Of a stretch of DNA of 20,000 nucleotides, positions 16,854 to 20,000 are shown one piece after another. Origin of the DNA: an uncultured virus (IMG/VR IMGVR_UViG_3300043411_002804) (taxonomy: Duplodnaviria > Heunggongvirae > Uroviricota > Caudoviricetes); IMG/VR virus record IMGVR_UViG_3300043411_002804. One strand, given 5' to 3'. Within the stretch, counting starts at the first letter, position 1. Each line of letters starts with the position of its first letter. The position numbers and the translations under genes are program-made. The notes below the pieces were generated by a model. The model was not told the DNA's origin. It made no database searches and worked only from the letters and a program-made list of their open reading frames with translations.

Positions 16854-16876
16854 TTATATGGCATTTTCTGAAAAAA
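16854..16876 (-). repeat. second intergenic motif, copy A
   Basis: ttatatggcattttctgaaaaaa, identical to 17305-17327 and similar to 17821-17845. Confidence 0.75.
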
Positions 16877-16909
16877 CTAGTTACCTACTCGAAACTTCTT
16901 TCGTCAATT

Positions 16910-17293
16910 CTATTTACGATAAGGTAAAGGTCTTGCAAAAATGGCACGCATTCCATCCTCACCATCATAGCTATATTGACACTTAATGTAATTTAACGAT
17001 ACGAATGCTCCCTTTGGGTTCCCAAAGTGTTGAATGTACTTTTTCATAACATCCAACACTTCTTGTGGATCTCCACAAACCAATTTTCTATCCGAACCAC
17101 TTTCGTCAAAAATCACCCACAATCTACTTTCAAAGGATTCTTTGACTATGAATTCATCATTAAAACAATCCTTCTTATCCAAGCCAAATAATTCACAATA
17201 AGAGATCAGAGTCTTTTCAAACCTACTCGTGCTTGCTGCAAATAATGCCATACCATATTGGTCATAGGCAACAACGATTGTATGAGTCTCCAT
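16910..17293 (-). CDS. hypothetical protein
   Basis: 127 aa with AAGGA RBS. Confidence 0.7.
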   Translation of the reverse strand: METHTIVVAYDQYGMALFAASTSRFEKTLISYCELFGLDKKDCFNDEFIVKESFESRLWVIFDESGSDRKLVCGDPQEVLDVMKKYIQHFGNPKGAFVSLNYIKCQYSYDGEDGMRAIFARPLPYRK

Positions 17294-17304
17294 GAATCAA
17301 ATCC

Positions 17305-17327
17305 TTATATGGCATTTTCTGAAAAAA
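17305..17327 (-). repeat. second intergenic motif, copy B
   Basis: Exact 23-bp match to 16854-16876. Confidence 0.75.
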
Positions 17328-17393
17328 AATTCTGAGAAAAAAATAGCATCTTGCGTTTTAAGAATCATCAAGGCTTAGGTTTCCATTTTCCCG

Positions 17394-17768
17394 TCAAAAG
17401 GAGTTGAGTTCATCAATCAACTTTGCGTAATACCAATGGAAAGCACATTGGCTAACTAACCCTGAACAAGAATCATAATAAATTGCCCGAGGTTGCCAAC
17501 CAGTAGCTCGAACCACATACTCTTTTGGAACCGAATAAATTCGAAGGCAAAACCCACCTTGATTCAAAAAATCCCAATAAGGTGCAATCCAACTTAAATC
17601 TTCTAATCGTTCTACACCAGCAATGTACTTCTCATTAAAAGAGCCAAACTCATCGAGACAAAAATCTTTGACTTTGGATCCTTCCCACGGTGTTCCATCA
17701 GAATTCTTTGCAGAACAATGTTCGAGAATGTCACCATGAGAAAGATTGATTGCTTCACTTCTGGTCAT
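17394..17768 (-). CDS. hypothetical protein
   Basis: 124 aa with GGAGG RBS. Confidence 0.7.
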   Translation of the reverse strand: MTRSEAINLSHGDILEHCSAKNSDGTPWEGSKVKDFCLDEFGSFNEKYIAGVERLEDLSWIAPYWDFLNQGGFCLRIYSVPKEYVVRATGWQPRAIYYDSCSGLVSQCAFHWYYAKLIDELNSF

Positions 17769-18051
17769 TCAAACCTCCACCAAAACAAATTAGGACAAGA
17801 GCCCTGAACCTCATATAGGCTTATATGCCTTTTTTGAATAAAAAATTTTCCGGAAAAAATCGCGGTTTGACTTTTGGAACCCCCAGGAGGGCTAAAAAAC
17901 CTTATTTCTAAAAAAAAACAAAAAAACGCTCAGGGTACCAGGAGCCCGATTTTTGAGTATATCGAAAAAAGTTTCAAGATTTTAATGAAGTTTCCCTATA
18001 TAGAACGTGAAATATGAAAAGACAATTGAAATTCAGGAGAGAGTTGTTAAT

Positions 18052-18420
18052 TTAATAAGAGTTGTTGTTATTAAACCAAGACATAACTTGATTGATCCAG
18101 TCACTACCGGTTTGATGAGGAAGATGAATAGCGGGAGTTTCATAATCATTCAAGATAGCAAGAATATTTCGAGAACCGGCATGATTATGCGAAGAAATCA
18201 CAACAGGGATAGTACGTTCAGAAAGGAAATTCTGAGCGAAGAATGTTCCATTATCAAATGGCATATCATGATCAAGACAAACCCCAAAAATGTTTGAAGT
18301 TTGGAAATAGAATTCCACTTCTTCTTTTCGGCAAGAGACAATAACGTTGATATGCTTAAAAGTTTTGGCCAAATCCAAATACCTGATGGGCATATCATCA
18401 ATACATAGAATGGTGTTCAA
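18052..18420 (-). CDS. cyclic-phosphate-processing receiver (cREC)-like domain protein
   Basis: Receiver-fold pattern ILCIDD, VCLDHDMP, NG, VVISSHNHAG; LDHD plus SxNxxG distinguishes it from classical response regulators; TTG start after GAGGTG. Confidence 0.65.
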   Translation of the reverse strand: MNTILCIDDMPIRYLDLAKTFKHINVIVSCRKEEVEFYFQTSNIFGVCLDHDMPFDNGTFFAQNFLSERTIPVVISSHNHAGSRNILAILNDYETPAIHLPHQTGSDWINQVMSWFNNNNSY

Positions 18421-18456
18421 ATTTCACCTCTAGCTTTTTGACCACAACATCTATCT

Positions 18457-18506
18457 TGATATAACTCAATATTTTTTTTTAGCAAACCCCGAATTAAAAT
18501 TTTTCA
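18457..18506 (-). promoter_or_regulatory. conserved phage promoter motif, copy 10
   Basis: TTGCTA-A8-TATTGAGT-TATATC with upstream AAAATTTTAATTCGGGG. Confidence 0.75.
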
Positions 18507-18553
18507 CATACGATTAGCAGCCAGCCTCTCATTTTGTTAGAGGTTAAGAAGAC

Positions 18554-18817
18554 TTAGGATCTACGCTTTGAGAGATTACTCTCAACTGTAGCACATCCAT
18601 TTCCATAACCATCTCCATCTCCAAATCCATATCCATATCCATATCCAGATCCTTCTCCAGATCCAGATCCATATCCTTCTCCAGATCCATCTCCATAACC
18701 ATCTCCATCTCCAAATCCAGATCCATAACCATCTCCATCTCCAAATCCAGATCCAAATCCATATCCATTTCCATTTCCCACAGGCATTTTTTCCATGTTA
18801 AACCTCTCAATTTCCAT
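18554..18817 (-). CDS. (Gly-X)n repeat protein, cassette 1
   Basis: Leader (MEIERFN)MEKMPVG, G-X core, tail ATVESNLSKRRS; alternative ATG at 18796. Confidence 0.65.
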   Translation of the reverse strand: MEIERFNMEKMPVGNGNGYGFGSGFGDGDGYGSGFGDGDGYGDGSGEGYGSGSGEGSGYGYGYGFGDGDGYGNGCATVESNLSKRRS

Positions 18818-18828
18818 GTTAATCTCCC

Positions 18829-19191
18829 TTAGGATCTACGCTTTGAGAGATTACTCTCAACTGTAGCACGTCCATATCCAGATCCATATCCATATTCATA
18901 TCCTTCTCCAGATCCAAATCCATATCCATCTCCATATCCATATCCATATCCATATCCATATCCATATCCATATCCATTTCCATATCCATATCCAGATCCA
19001 TCTCCATATCCATCTCCATTTCCATTTCCAAATCCAAATCCATTTCCATACCCATCTCCATTTCCAGATCCATATCCATTTCCAGATCCATACCCATCTC
19101 CATTTCCAGATCCAAATCCATCTCCATATCCCACAGGCATTTTTTCCATGTTAAACCTCTCATTTTCCATGTTAAACCTCTCATTTTCCAT
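18829..19191 (-). CDS. (Gly-X)n repeat protein, cassette 2
   Basis: Same leader and tail; in-frame ATGs at 19191, 19170 and 19149 from a duplicated 21-bp unit. Confidence 0.65.
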   Translation of the reverse strand: MENERFNMENERFNMEKMPVGYGDGFGSGNGDGYGSGNGYGSGNGDGYGNGFGFGNGNGDGYGDGSGYGYGNGYGYGYGYGYGYGYGDGYGFGSGEGYEYGYGSGYGRATVESNLSKRRS

Positions 19192-19202
19192 GTTAATGAC
19201 CC

Positions 19203-19712
19203 TTAGGATCTACGCTTTGAGAGATTACTCTCAACTGTAGCAGATCCCTTTCCATATCCCTTTCCAGATCCCTTTCCATATCCAAATCCAGATCCATTTC
19301 CATATCCATATCCATTTCCATTTCCATATCCATATCCAAATCCATATCCATATCCAGATCCATATCCATATCCATATCCATATCCATATCCATATCCATT
19401 TCCATATCCATATCCATTTCCATTTCCATATCCATATCCAAATCCATATCCATATCCAGATCCATATCCATATCCATATCCATATCCATATCCATATCCA
19501 TATCCATTTCCATATCCATATCCATTTCCATTTCCATATCCATATCCAAATCCATATCCATATCCAGATCCATATCCATATCCATATCCATATCCATATC
19601 CATATCCATTTCCATATCCATATCCATCTCCATTTCCATATCCCTCTCCATTTCCATATTCAGAACCATATCCCACAGGCATTTTTTCCATGTTAAACCT
19701 CTCATTTTCCAT
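19203..19712 (-). CDS. (Gly-X)n repeat protein, cassette 3 (longest, Gly-Tyr rich)
   Basis: Same leader and tail; ATGs at 19712 and 19691; core has a threefold higher-order repeat. Confidence 0.65.
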   Translation of the reverse strand: MENERFNMEKMPVGYGSEYGNGEGYGNGDGYGYGNGYGYGYGYGYGYGSGYGYGFGYGYGNGNGYGYGNGYGYGYGYGYGYGYGSGYGYGFGYGYGNGNGYGYGNGYGYGYGYGYGYGSGYGYGFGYGYGNGNGYGYGNGSGFGYGKGSGKGYGKGSATVESNLSKRRS

Positions 19713-19723
19713 GTTAATCACCC

Positions 19724-19984
19724 TTAGGATCTACGCTTTGAGAGATTACTCTCAACTGTAGCAAATCCATATCCAGATCCAAATCCATTTCCATATCCAT
19801 CTCCATCTCCAAATCCATATCCATATCCATATCCATTTCCATATCCAGATCCATATCCAGATCCATATCCATATCCATTTCCATTTCCATTTCCAGATCC
19901 AAATCCATATCCATATCCATTTCCATTTCCATAGCCATCTCCATATCCAGATCCATATCCATTTCCCACAGGCATTTTTTCCAT
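19724..19984 (-). CDS. (Gly-X)n repeat protein, cassette 4
   Basis: GAGG RBS before MEKMPVG at 19984; same tail. Confidence 0.65.
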   Translation of the reverse strand: MEKMPVGNGYGSGYGDGYGNGNGYGYGFGSGNGNGNGYGYGSGYGSGYGNGYGYGYGFGDGDGYGNGFGSGYGFATVESNLSKRRS

Positions 19985-20000
19985 GTTAAACCTCATTTTT

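Larger units (their letters stand above)
18554..20000. repeat. tandem cassette array: constant junctions separated by variable hexanucleotide repeats
   Basis: Constant ttaggatctacgctttgagagattactctcaactgtagca and cccacaggcattttttccatgttaaacctc, four copies each, flanking (atatcc/atttcc/atctcc/agatcc/aaatcc)n. Confidence 0.95.

Noticed and set aside
616..18297. All + strand ORFs in the track (e.g. 616-1008, 752-1102, 11846-12178, 13148-13537, 14554-14877, 18007-18297)
   Set aside because: Antisense shadows of better-supported minus-strand genes or tRNAs, without convincing RBS or motifs.
18052..18420. Classical two-component response regulator
   Set aside because: Has LDHD and SSHNHAG and lacks the C-terminal KP motif; no kinase nearby; fits a cREC-like receiver better.
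1161..18481. Phase-variable poly-A tracts in the promoter spacers
   Set aside because: Tract length varies among copies but the total -35/-10 spacing stays 16 nt, indicating a fixed promoter feature.
18544..19962. Alternative-frame ORFs encoding (Asp/Glu-Met)n repeats
   Set aside because: Automatic by-product of the stop-free GGA-NNT hexamer; the RBS spacing (GAGAGG-TTTAAC-ATG) favours the Gly frame. Dual coding is not excluded but is unsupported.
18554..20000. Gly-X array as a CRISPR array or diversity-generating retroelement
   Set aside because: Variable parts are long, low-complexity and unequal in length; variation is not adenine-specific on one strand; no reverse transcriptase or cas gene in the window.

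Overview
AT-rich segment of what looks like a large lytic phage genome, probably an early/accessory region. About 45 short, tightly packed ORFs lie on the minus strand, divided into units by ten copies of a conserved ~48-bp promoter motif (TTGCTA-N16-TATAAT-like with an AT-rich upstream block). Recognisable products: a T4 Rnl1-type RNA ligase, a calcineurin-like metallophosphoesterase, a cyclic-phosphate-processing receiver-like protein, two 2OG-Fe(II) dioxygenase-like proteins, several Zn-ribbon proteins, a possible Crn4-like ring nuclease, tRNA-Asn(GTT), tRNA-Leu(CAA) and a D-arm-deleted tRNA-Leu(CAA). Two observations stand out. (1) A cas-less CRISPR mini-array at 7162-7302 (half repeat, spacer, 37-bp hairpin repeat ending GTTGAAGC, spacer, half repeat). 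Its two spacers translate, on the reverse strand, to abutting pieces of one apparent protein (KEWYLNGVYYSQ + QEEWFEQLSEE). (2) A tandem array of four (Gly-X)n genes with invariant leader and tail cassettes and hypervariable cores at 18554-20000. Family assignments come from motif recognition by eye, not database searches.
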